The position numbers were made by a program, and so were the translations under genes. A stretch of DNA of 64,000 nucleotides from Lepidodermella squamata (Eukaryota > Animalia > Gastrotricha), in the NCBI GenBank assembly GCA_047495785.1, contig JBLDXI010000033.1:1054001-1118000 (forward strand), written 5' to 3'. Positions 36,463-48,501 of this stretch are shown here, one piece after another. Under the pieces are notes generated by a model. It ran no database searches and was not told the origin of the DNA. It saw nothing but the letters and a program-made list of their open reading frames with translations. How positions within the stretch are numbered: position 1 is the stretch's first letter; every line of letters starts with the position of its first letter.

Positions 36463-39066
36463 CTAGCTTGACCCGGAAGTGCATATGAAAGTTTCGGTAC
36501 CATTCGCCAGCGTTATCTTCTTCCACGGCATGACATCGAATTGGAAGTACGCCTGGCCCCATGTTGTAGTCGCGAGGATAACAACACCTATGCCGATACC
36601 ATTCATAACAAATCCAGCTCCGATCTAAAATTTATGAATTAAGCTGATTTTATGAACTATTTTCGCTCGAAAATTACCATATCAATTATTCGCAATTTTC
36701 CAGCTGAAAATACAACCGAGTTAGGAGGGGTGGCCACCTAAATTCTTTTAATTAGAAATTTTTTGAAAATATCATTTTTTCATTTACCGGAAACATGAAA
36801 GCAAATGATGCGGCAATAGCTGATGGAAACATGAAGTAAAGCGGGTTGGCGCCGCGCAACTGAGCCAATTCGCTTAAAATCGGCATGATTAGGACGACAC
36901 AGGCGGTATTTGACATGACCTCGGTTACGAAAACGACAAAAACAGTTATCACAGAGACGGCGGCCACATCGGAAAGATCGTGAGTTAAATCATCCAACAA
37001 AGTCGACAGCAATTTCGCCAAACCAGATTCCTGAGAAAAAGAATAAAATAGTCTAAATCATTTAAATTATAAAAAAAATATTCACCTCGGCCCCTAAACA
37101 ATGGAGATGAAGGAAAAATCGACGGGAATAATGGGAAATTGAAACTTTGGAGAGATAAACATACCAAACGCCTGTCATAATAAAGTAAATTCGTATTTTT
37201 TCAATTTTAGGTAATTTGTCTAAATTACCGCAGCCATTCCGCCACCAATTAACAAAATAATTTCTAAAGGAATAGCTTTCTCCGTTGTAGACCAAGTCAT
37301 TGCAGTTTCAGGAGCAACCCATTTGCCTAGATCGAAATGTAAAGCTTAAATTCTTAGCATGGATTCAATTCAATACCATCTCGATTCTGACGTGGCAAAG
37401 ACAGCGGAAAAATGAAGAGAATAAAGGCGAATAGAATGCCAGCCGTTGATTCAGAAACATATGTTGGCGCGATGACTTCCCAGCCGATGATAGGGTCGTT
37501 ATTCAATTGCCGGCTTAGCATGAGTAAAATCATGCCGACAACATTCACCAGAACAACCCATTGCTTGAAGCCGAGAGGTGGCAGGGTGTCGTAAAGATTC
37601 GAAATTACGCGCTCAACATGCTCTTTGTGGTCATCTAAAGCTGATCGCCTCAGGCCCAATGTGTAAAGAGGGCCGCAGAAATACATTGACAGCCACAGCC
37701 AACCGATCGTAACGAAAATCGCTGATGTAGGCAGGCTGAAAATCATCTGAAATGCAGTGATAAAATGTAAAATTTCGGAAAAAAATCCAGAAAATTCATC
37801 AAAATTTTATTTTTAGTTTCGGTCATTTCCGAAAAATCGTCGAACTTAAGTAAAGCGTGTCCCAGAAGTTGCGCTACTATTTGTTAAGTTGGCAACTTTT
37901 TGTAGAGAATTTAATTAATTTTTAATCCTATTAACGAGTGACATACTTGATTACTATTCTCGTGATTTTTTCAATTTTTCTACAAAATTTCTGGCAAAGA
38001 GATGTGAATTCGTCTCTCATTTTAGAGTTTCTGAACCCTTTTTCGTGTATTTTCTTTGTTTGTGTTACTTATAGGATTCGCTGTAGTTTCAAAGCTTACC
38101 CATGAGAGGAAAGTCAGAGGGCTGATGCAGTTGTACTTTAGATAAGCCTGATCGACCTGTTGCTTCATCATCAAATTTGGCGACGTGCCAAGAAGCGTGG
38201 CACACCCTCCAATGGACGCGCTGTAGGCGACAGCGATCAAAAGCATAGTTTTGTAGCGTCTATTGATCGACTGAACAGAGTCAACGTCCGGAATTTTAGT
38301 CGGTTGCGGACTTGGGCTGTGAATAACGACTCCGGATTGCTTAGAGGCAAGAGCTAAATTAGCAACGCTTTCTTGCCTTTTGATTGAAATGGCAACACTG
38401 AGCTCCTCAGATACTTCCAAAACTATTGGAACCTAAAATAGAGATTCAAATTGAAATCATAGAAAAAAATTAAATTGCATAAAATTATAAAATTAACTAA
38501 TTTTAACAAATTTATCATAAATAATTAAGGAGGATTTTTTTACCAGTAATACTGTTGTCATGGTATTTTGCATCCACATGCTGAGGAACCACGAAACCAG
38601 CATGAACCCAAGTAGAACCCATCGCTGCTGAATACCGATAATTTTCAGCACCCCCAAAGCTAATCGTTTATGAAGCCCAGCGTTCTCAAAAGCAGCGATG
38701 ACGATAACTGAAGACAAAAAGGCCATATTCGTCTCATCCATGTATTTAGGTGCCAGCTGGCTGGCCCTAGCGATTCGGAGAACTGGGTATAGGAGCATTG
38801 GCAGCAGCGCTGTAACCGCGATAGGCAGACATTCGAGTGACCAGTAAATAACCATAATTATTATCACATAAGCGCATCTTAGCGGTTTCTGAAATTAAAC
38901 AATTAATTATGTTAAAAAATCGAGGAGAATTTCTTACGCTCAGAGTTTCGTCGCCTTCGAAGCAAACGATCAGCGGCAGTAGCAGAAGTGGTACAAATAC
39001 CGTGATTAAAGAGTTACGCCAGGCCCATAAATAGCCAAGAAAATGCTTTATAAAGTACCGATCCAT
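36463..39066 (-). CDS. SLC13/DASS cotransporter, copy C (includes microexons 37165-37171 and 37086-37093)
   Basis: AYSASIGGCATLLGTSPN, TEVMSNTA, SFAFMFP|VATPPNS; multi-exon. Confidence 0.92.
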
Positions 39067-40542
39067 TTTCAGCTGAATTGCGTATCACCTCAAGGCTTGG
39101 TGAATTTCTAGTTATTATCATGTAAATTAGCAACTTCGGAATTATGAAGCTGTTATTCTAGAAATCTAAATAGTTATTGTAATAATTAGCATTCTGGTAT
39201 CCGGAAATGCGGAAAAAACTTATCGCGTTGAGAACTTTTTTATGAACCCTATCGCGCTGTTCTCAGGTGCTTTGTGACTATTTAAGAGAATTAATTATAG
39301 TCGCCTTTTAGATAAGATAATGAGCTAATAATATAGCGTCTCGGAGGTAAAATTTTTATGGCGAGCCGGCTGTTGCCAACTTTTTTACATGCTGTTGCCT
39401 TGTTGAGCACGCCGTGGTAGTAGAGACAATGGGCCATACACGCGACCGCAGCAGACGGTCGAGAAGTTTCGGTGTATTATGAAAAGTATCAAAGACAAAA
39501 AGGTGACGCGCTACATGGCCGTATGTAGTAGTATCACATAAACACCGGCCGCATTCAAGTGTCCACGTGGTACAGCAGTCTGGAACTACTCGGTTTCTTA
39601 TTTTATTGCGTGCGGCTCAAAGGTCAATCGTGATTGGCTGAAAACGAGGTCTCCTCGAGTAAATCCTGTCACCGGAACGATGAAATTCAAGAATGAACTA
39701 CGTTTGTGATATTTTAGTGTTGATTCATCGTGCACGAATTGTTCAGAATTTATGCATTGGCCATTTCCTAGAAAATTGTCAAAAATCAGGTAAAAATAGG
39801 AAATTTATGGAAATGAGCGGGGAAATCATTTTGCAGCTTGCCCTGTTATGGCTCGAAATTCAGGAATTATCGAGCAAACGCTGACCTTGAAATTCAAAAA
39901 CAGCGTGTTGCCCAAAGTCACACATCGCTGCTATACCTTTCAGTTTATTTCCCTTCATTTTTTCAATTTCAACCAGAATACATATATCAGAATATATTTC
40001 AGCGGAACTTGGCACCAAACGCAAACCATTAAGGAAATGTTATCTTAAATAATGAATGATGATAACGCCTTGTTCTCTCCAAGTGATGATAAGACCTTTT
40101 ATACTGAATATAAGACAGACGCTTATATGATAAGATATTTGGATGTTTTAAATTACTCAGGAAATATGCGAAATATGCGAAAATTTCGAAAAGACATTTT
40201 AGGGCGGATAAAAAATTGGTTCTCCGCATCCGGTCGAATTTGGTTCCGCTTTGACTCAAAAAATAGCAACTTGGAGAACTCCAATTCTTGAATACATTGT
40301 AGCATTCTCATTTTGCATCCTTCCTAATATTATGATGAATATTATGATGAACCCAGCGAATAACGTAGTTGAACGGATGTTAATGCATTAATGCAACATT
40401 ACTCAATGTTGAAAATAACACTAGGTTTGCCACGGTTTATCATGGGTGACTAAAACACGTGCGCGTACAGTTAACCATTCAATTGACATTTAAGCTGGAT
40501 TACTACTATCAACCCCGCTCGTAATCTGTTTATGCAGAAACA

Positions 40543-42542
40543 ATGGGGATTAGAAAATACGAATCAGTTATAGCGGTTGTTTTAATCAGCTATTTAAATC
40601 GTTAAGTTCTATCGCAGAGTTATTTTATTATGCTTATATTGAGATTTTACACATATTACAGCATGTCACTGCTGTTTCCCTGGGAAAACTGTTACTGAAA
40701 TATACACCGCACCTCCGAACCCGCCATGTCCTGCGGGCTATAGGTGCGTTAATCCGGATGGGTCACCCTACGATAGAACATTAGTTCAAGCTCCAGTCAT
40801 AGTAGAACGGCAGCTGCCATGTGACTTCTTGTGTGGCCTTAGCGGAGGTTTCAGCTTTGGCATGAAGATGTTTTGCAAAATTGGTCACTTCTGCCTCGAC
40901 GGCGCGGGCAGTGCCGACGGATCTGTCACGCCCGTTGAAGCCAACTCGCTGCAAACACTGAATAAGACATCAGGAGTTGCTTATACGACGATCTTCGCGA
41001 AATGCGGCGTTTTGCCGAGTTATGCGTTTGAAACGAATAATACCGTTCGCCGGCCGACTGTTGCCGGAAATTTCACGGCACTTAACAACGAGTTTCCATG
41101 GCAAGTTCGCCTTGAAATTACCGATGAGCAGGGCAAACAGAAGATTTGCGGCGGCCTTCTCCTAGACAACTCAACAGTTCTGACTGCCGCGAGTTGCGGA
41201 ACGAAGGAAGCGAGGCAATCCTTAGCAATTCTTGGCACCAACAGCAGAAGTGATAAGTTGATCGGTGAAATCGGCGAATTGCAGACAGGAGTCTTAGACA
41301 CAACTATACATCCTAATTACACGAAAGGATCCAGCCGTTACGACATAGCTCTCGTAAAAATTGAAGGTTTGCAAGATAGTAGTTTTCATTTTTTACCATA
41401 AATTTGTTAAATTTGGATAAACCATACATTTCAAAAACTTGATATTTCCAATAGGAATGATTGTAGTATTTGTTCTTTGTTCCAATAGCTGCCCAAAATT
41501 TAGTAAAATTGCAAACTTTCTTTTGGAAAATTCGAAAACCAATCGTTCATTCCAATCATCAATTAATAATTCGCCGCGCAATAAATTCTGATGTTATTTT
41601 GATATGCGCAGAGATAATTTGGGTTTTCTCGGGGTGAGGAATCTTGCTAAATATTCAACAAGTTCAGTGGCTTTCACGTCAACCTAAATCAATTGCTTTT
41701 TCGGCGACACTCTGAGATGTTCCGTATTTTGGGGTGGATGGGAGTCTCCTTTCAAAATCTTCAAGAAAACCCGAGAAAGAACACTTATGCTTCCAAGAAT
41801 CTTCCCTTTTCGAGTCTGCACAATTTTCACCATTTGCTGGGGAAAACAGAATATACGCCAAGCCCCACTTTTCACTTGTTAACTTGATTTGAAAAATGGG
41901 TCTTTCCAGGTGATATAAGTGACCACAGTTAAATTTTCCATGGATTCAGAGCTGTTTGAACTGTTTTTCAGAGCTTGAAACTTTCACAAATGCCATCCTT
42001 CCGATATGTATGCCGATAAATTGCAAAGCTCCTGAATCCGGCATTCATGGCCAAGACAAAACAACTAGATGTGTTACCAGCGGATGGTCGACATGGTTTG
42101 ATGATGATAGTCCTGGGAATTCTAGACTTCAAAAGGGATACGCGACCCTACAGTCACAGGCGAAATGCGCCGAGTCGATAAAAAGACCTGCTAACAGGTT
42201 CAAAGAGCAGTTCTCAAGCGGACTGTCTAATTTTGTCTGCGCTAAGAATCTGAATCAGGAAAAACAGCGCTGTCAGGTTTCATTGGGATCTTCTAGATAT
42301 TGACTTGTACTAAAATATGTCTATGTGATTTTCAGACTGATCTTGGTGGTCCATTAGCATGTCGAGATTCTGCAACAGGCCTATATTATGCCGAGGGTGT
42401 TCTCTCATTTCATTCGAATTGTCAGGATCCTTCGAAAAACGTCGGGGCTTACCAGCGAATCTGCCAATACCTGCCATGGATTCAGAAAAAATTATCGGCT
42501 AAAAGCTGGCAAGGACTTCAATCTCTTGCACCGTCTGGTTAA
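40543..42542 (+). CDS. Secreted trypsin-like (S1A) serine protease homolog, catalytically inactive, copy 1 (4 exons)
   Basis: Signal exon MGIRKYESVIAVVL; Cys-rich N-terminus; EFPWQV, CGG, VLTAASC, YDIAL, PICMP, CQ|TDLGGPL. Confidence 0.85.
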
Positions 42543-42670
42543 ATGCAAAAGATTCGATTGAACTATTGACTGAAGTTTGCTGTTCGGTTGTTTAACAGTC
42601 GTTTTTATGATAACTGCCATAAACTTCCAGCAACAAATTGATCGGCGGTCTTGTTATTCTAGCTTTTGAT

Positions 42671-44188
42671 TTTATTATCCTAATTCAGGCCGCTATAGGG
42701 CTGAGCCGCTGGTTCTCAAGCACGGACGTCAAGGCGCTGCGGCAGCGGCGGCAAAAGACGTGCCAATTTTGCCCACCGGCCACACGTCCTCTACGATATC
42801 GGTTCAGTCGCCTAGGATATCGAAGGCTCTAACGGCGCGAAATAAGTTAACGCGGATTGCTGTTCGAGATAGGCATTCATAAGCATTACGAGCAAGAGCA
42901 TCAGCGCGATCAGCAGCTTCGCCGCGTGGCTTCAAATCTTTCAACGCCTTCTTAATTTCCGGATCAAATTCCTCGTGATCAAACGACGTCGGGCGTTGCC
43001 GCCGAACGCAGAAGCTGGCCAGTCTTTGCGCGTAATAAGCTGCTTGACAGTTGCGGCGTCTTTACACATCAAACCAAGTGCACCACGGCGACAAATCCAC
43101 GGCTTCGCGATCTTGGCCTCAGGTGAGACCGTAGTGAGCTCGCGCATGACCTCAACAAGCGAGTTGAACCGATGCGAGATGCAGTCGATAATTAATAATT
43201 ACGATGCGCTCTCGAGCCAACCTGTGTAGTGAAGCGTCACCGCCTTCGTCAGCGCCATCCCCACCAGAGGTCGCGCCGTCAACGACCATCGCATCTCCGC
43301 CCCTGTTCGCTCCGCTCGCTGGCGCCACAACCGTAACCTCATCAGACACCACACGTCATCACGGCCATCGCTGAATCAGACGAAGTATCAGGCAGCATCT
43401 GAGGCGCGCGCTGATTATTCGCGGCAACTTTTGGCCTAGTGCCAGCGTCACCTTGATGCTTATGCTTAGCGGCGCCTGCGGAAGCGCCCGATGCCGGTTG
43501 CATATCTACATCACATGGGCCAGCGCTACTAAAATTGCTTAAAATGCCATTTGTTTTCGAAATTTCGAATAAAATGGGAAATCGACAAGAATGAAAGTGA
43601 TATTGAAACAATTGTCGATGGATCTAAACGGGCGCTCGCTTTCTTTGGAGCCCAAGTTTGACCTTCAAAGTTTTTTTACTGCATTTTAACAATTTTTCTG
43701 GTGAGGTTTCGGTTCTCGCGAAACAGGCGAGGGGCGCAGCGGGTGTGTGAACTTCACACGCGGTGTGCAAGTAGTAATAAAATGCTTGAAGAGACACTCT
43801 ACCAACGCTTCCACGTCGTAATTTGTTCGGCCTGTAATAAGCATGCCTTGAACATAAAGCCGCCCAAACATGGCCGGTGGACGGTGGACGAATTGGTAAG
43901 TTTCTTATGCCCTACTTATTATCAGACTTATTATCAGTCAGGTGCGGCCTTTCGACTTAAGGGGCGGATTAATTAGGACGGCGATCGCGCAATGAGGGCG
44001 ACTTTATTTATTTTTGGGCGACACAAACGATGCGAACTTTTACCTTTTTGGGCGACAGATTTTACCTCACCCATTCCAAATACCCAATTTTAAGACCCAG
44101 CCTTCAACCCTAACCTAATCCTAACCTAATCCTAAACCTAACCAGTTAAATAACGAATAAAATGGTTAGGTATTGAATTAAATGAATA
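42671..44188. mobile_element. Transposon-like insertion, degenerate; CCTAA microsatellite and hairpin at the right end
   Basis: Begins where the two protease duplicons diverge (after tagcttttgat); GC-rich broken ORFs; ends aaccctaacctaatcctaacctaatcctaaacctaacc followed by hairpin cctaacca...tggttagg. Confidence 0.5.
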
Positions 44189-44450
44189 AGTTATAGCGGT
44201 TGTTTTAGGCAGCTATTTAAATTGTTAAGTCATCGCAGATTTCGTTTGCTATGCATATATATAAATTTTTTAACTATTACAGCATGCCTTTGCTGTTTCC
44301 CTGGAAAGAAGGTTACTGAAATATATGCCCTACGGGTTATATATGCCCGACACCCTGCAATAGATCAAGGTCCAGTCATAGTAGAACGGTAGCTGCCATG
44401 TAACTTATTTTGTGGCTGTGAGAGAGGGTTCAACTTTGTCACGAAGACAT
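44189..44450 (+). pseudogene. Degenerate 5' fragment of a third protease-homolog copy
   Basis: agttatagcggttgtttt...ttacagcatg...tgtttccctgg...gtagaacggtagctgccatg matches exons 1-2 of both copies, with indels and stops. Confidence 0.75.
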
Positions 44451-44797
44451 TTAAATTTAGAAAAGACATTTATCGGCGGACGGAAAATGTAATTCTCCGC
44501 ATCCGGTCAAATTTGGTTCCGCTTTGACTTAACAAAACAGGAAAAAATCCAATTCTTGAATACAATTTAGTATTCTCAGTATGCATCCTTCCTATTGTGA
44601 TGAACGAAAATAAACCAGCGAAAACTTGGCTGACCGGATGGTAATGTATTACTCAATTTTGAGAATAGCATTAGGGTTGCCACGATTTATCATGGGTGAC
44701 TAAAATGTGCGCGTACAGTTAACCATTCAGTTGACATTTAAGCCGGAACGCCATCACCCCGTTCGTAATCTGTTTTTGCAGTGGGAAACCTACAATA

Positions 44798-46687
44798 ATG
44801 GGGATAAAAAAATACGAATCAGTTATAGCGGTTGTTTTAATCAGCTATTTAAATCGTTAAGTTATCGTAGATTTCTTTAGCTATGCACATATTGAAATTT
44901 TTTAAATATTACAGCATGTCAGTGTTGTATCCCTGGGCAAAAGGTTACTGAAATATACACTGCACCCCCCAACCCGCCATGTCCTGCGGGTTATGTATGC
45001 GTTAATCCGGATGGAACAATCTACAACAAATCAGTAACTCAGCGTCAAATCATAGTGGAACGGCAACTGCCCTGTGACTTCTTGTGTGGTCTCAGCGCAG
45101 GGTTCACCTTTGGCACGAAGATGTTTTGCAAAATTGGTCACTTCTGCCTCGACGGCGCGGGCAGTGCCGACGGATCTGTCACGCCTGTTGAAGCCAACTC
45201 GCTGCAAACACTGAATAAGACATCAGGAGTTGCTTATACGACGATCTACGCGAAATGCGGCGTTTTGCCGAGTTATGCCTTTGAAACGAATAACACCATC
45301 CGACGGCCGACAGTTGCCGGAAACTTCACGGCGCTTAACAACGAGTTTCCATGGCAAGTTCGTCTTGAAATTACCGATGAGCAGGGCGAGAAGAAGATTT
45401 GCGGCGGCCTGCTTTTAGACAACTCCACAGTTCTGACTGCAGCGAGTTGCGGTACAAAGGAAGCGAGGCAATCCCTGGCAATTCTTGGCACTAACAGCAG
45501 AGCTGATAAGTTGATCGGTGAAATCGGCGAGTTGCAGACAGGAGTTTTAGACACAACTATACATCCTAATTACACGAAAGGATCCAGCCATTACGACATA
45601 GCTCTCGTCGAAATTCAAGGTTTGCAACTTCTAGTTTTTCACTTTGTACCACAACTTTGATAAATTTGGACAAAACGAATGTTTGTCGGTGACCTTAAAT
45701 TCCGAAAATCTTGATATTTGCGGTGAGAAAGATTACGGTATTTGCTCCAAACAAAAATTAACTAAAATTTCAAGCTCGAAATTTGAAAAAAGATCAAAAA
45801 TCAATTGTTTGAATCGTTCATTTTTTATATTTTCGAACCGACTTGATCCCCTACTATTAGGAATGGGCGAAGGAACCAAATTTACAGTAGCAGAACCAAA
45901 CATGCTGTAGCGGAACCAACCGAAAAGATTGAAACTTTTTGCCATTTGCTGGGAAATATAGAAAATACGCCAAACCCCACTGTTCACTTGTTAACGGTCT
46001 AATTGATTTGAAAAATGGGTGAAATCGGTAACAATTGGGTATTTCCAAGAGAGAAAAGTTTCCAAGGTTTCATTTTCCACGAATACCCGTCGTTACCACA
46101 CTGTCGTAATTCCCGTTTTTCAGAGCTTGAAACTTTCACAAATGCCATCCTTCCGATATGTATGCCGATAAATTGCAAAGCTCCTGAATCCGGCATTCAT
46201 GGCCAAGACAAAACAACGAGATGTGTCACTAGCGGATGGTCGACGTGGTTGGATGATGACAGGCCCGGAAATACTACACTTCAAAAGGGATTCGCGACCC
46301 TCCTGTCACAGACGAAATGTGCCGAGTCGATAAGGAGACCTGCTAACAGGTTCAAAGAACAGTTCTCAAACGGACCCTCAAATTTTGTATGCGCTAAAAA
46401 TCTGCATCAGGAAAAACGGCGCTGTCAGGTTTGGTTGAAAAGCCTGACTTCAAATGAAATATGTCTATGCTGATTTTCAGACTGATCTTGGTGGTCCATT
46501 AGCATGTCGAGATCCTGCAACAGGCCTTTTTTATGCCGAGGGTGTTATCTCATTTCATTCGAATTGTCAGGATCCTTCAAGAAACGTCGGGGCTTACCAG
46601 CGAATCTGCCAATACCTGCCATGGATTCAGGAAAACTTATCGGCTAAAAGCTGGCAAGGACTTCAATCTCTTGCACCGTCTAGTTAA
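44798..46687 (+). CDS. Secreted trypsin-like serine protease homolog, inactive, copy 2 (4 exons)
   Basis: Near-identical to copy 1, including flanks (duplicon about 40190-42670 versus 44460-46818). Confidence 0.85.
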
Positions 46688-47012
46688 CTGGAAAAGATTC
46701 GATTGAACTATTGGCTGAATTTTGCTGTTCGATTGTTTAACAGTCGTTTTTATGATAACTGTCATATACATTTCCAGCAACAAATTGCTTGGAGGTCTTG
46801 TTATTCTAGCTTTTGATACTCAGTAAAGAAGAATCTGAAATGCCAAATTGGTAACCAGCGTTCAAATTTCTTGGATATCTTTGGAACAAAGCTTGATTTT
46901 CACGAAAATAATTATTTTATTTCCATAATTCGTGCATGCAAGCAAATTAACCTATATCACTTGATCCTGATTAACATCACATAACAAGTTGTTGCAAAAC
47001 AGCAGGGCTGAT

Positions 47013-47909
47013 TTAGGCGGTCTTGACGGTGACGGGCTTGACGTTGTTGTAGCTCGAGGTCAGACCAGCGGTGGTCGGGTAGCCGGAGAAGGGGGCCATG
47101 CCGGCGGCGAAGGGCATCTTGCTGTAGAGCTCAGCCATGACCGGCGACTTGGCGATCTCCTCGGTGGTCATCTTCGGCAGCTGGCACTCGACGACGAGGT
47201 AGCCCTCCTGGGTCAGGCACGACTTGAGCTCAACCTTGGTCAGGTCGATCTTGGCAAGGGTCTATAGAAAGACAAAGGAAAGCATTAGGTTAGAGTTGAT
47301 TGAAATTTCGATGACTTTACTCACCTCGGGCAGGACGAACTTGCGCGAGTACTTGCGGGAGATCTGGTGCTCCTTGCCCTCCTTGACGTCGTGGGCGGCC
47401 TCGACGACGACGGCGCGCTCGGCCTTGTTCAGGGTGACACAGACCTCCTCAGGCTTGAAGCCCTTGAGCTCGAAGCACAGGTACAGCTGGCGGTTGCCCT
47501 CGACGTCGATCATGCGGATCGGGTTGGTCAGGGTGTACATCTCGAGCTCCGAAGCCGGGCGGAAGGCGATGTTGTACAGCTTGTCACCAGACAGGGTGTT
47601 GAACCAGGTGTTGGCGCCGAAGGGGCCGAAGGTGATCGGGTACGAGCCGAAGGTCGAGGTCGGGAAAGAACCAGCCCAGGTGTTGGGGAAAGAGCCGAAG
47701 GTGGTCGGGTAGCCGTAGGTGCCGGTGGTCATCGGGCTGGTGAAGGGGGTGGTCGGCATGTTGATCGGGCTGGTGGTGGGCATACCCGGGTAGTAGCCGG
47801 TGGTGTTCATCGGCGAGTAGTAGTCGAACTTGGCGTACTTGTCCATCATGGTCGGGTAACCGGTCATGGCGTTCGGGCAGTAGGTCGAGGTCGGGTAGAA
47901 AGCGGCCAT
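47013..47909 (-). CDS. Small heat-shock protein (alpha-crystallin/HSP20); exons 47909-47325 and 47261-47013
   Basis: FELKGFKPEEV-x-V, VEAAH, SRKYSRKFVLPE|...KSCLTQEGYLVVE; C-terminal V-x-V; very high GC3. Confidence 0.9.
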
Positions 47910-48501
47910 TTTATTCTGATAATAACGATTAACTTGAGATAATTGCAAAAGAATGATTGAAGCGAATTCAAAGATTGATATTGATTAGGAGGCGAATAAC
48001 GCGCTTAAATAACCGCTAGCAAAGATTGTGGCGACGCTGCGAACAATAGCGCTGCGCTCGAAGCACGCGCTTCAATTTTCGGCCACGCCGCCCACAAACG
48101 AAAATTCACGCGCCGTTTAAAAAACAACCTGGATGCGTGAATCGATTTTTTTCGTTTTATTCATCGTTTCATTTTTTCTGAATAAAATCCACGAGAAGTT
48201 GAATAGAAATAAAGAAGTATAGTCGAACAAGATGTAGCAGAGAAAAGAGTGGAACAAATCTAAAAGCGGTTTCCATCAGATAGACTGCGAAGTTAACAAA
48301 TAAATAAAGGCGAAAAAAATCACAAATCTTGTTCGAGAAAATCTATACGTAATTTAAAATAGAGGAAACAGGACGATCTAAGGTATTTCAATTTCAGAAA
48401 ATAAATAGAGCCAGGTGACCAATTAAAATATCCTTAGAGTGACAAGGTTTCAGGTTCAACGTCAAAATTTTGAAAGCGACCTTGGTGTTTTCCATCCAAC
48501 C

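Noticed and set aside
44107-44143. True telomere or CRISPR-like array
   Set aside because: Only a few degenerate CCTAA units, interstitial, no spacers.
46989-47942. Plus-strand ORFs of 92, 162 and 191 aa
   Set aside because: Antisense shadows of the GC3-rich sHSP gene; codon bias removes stops on the opposite strand.
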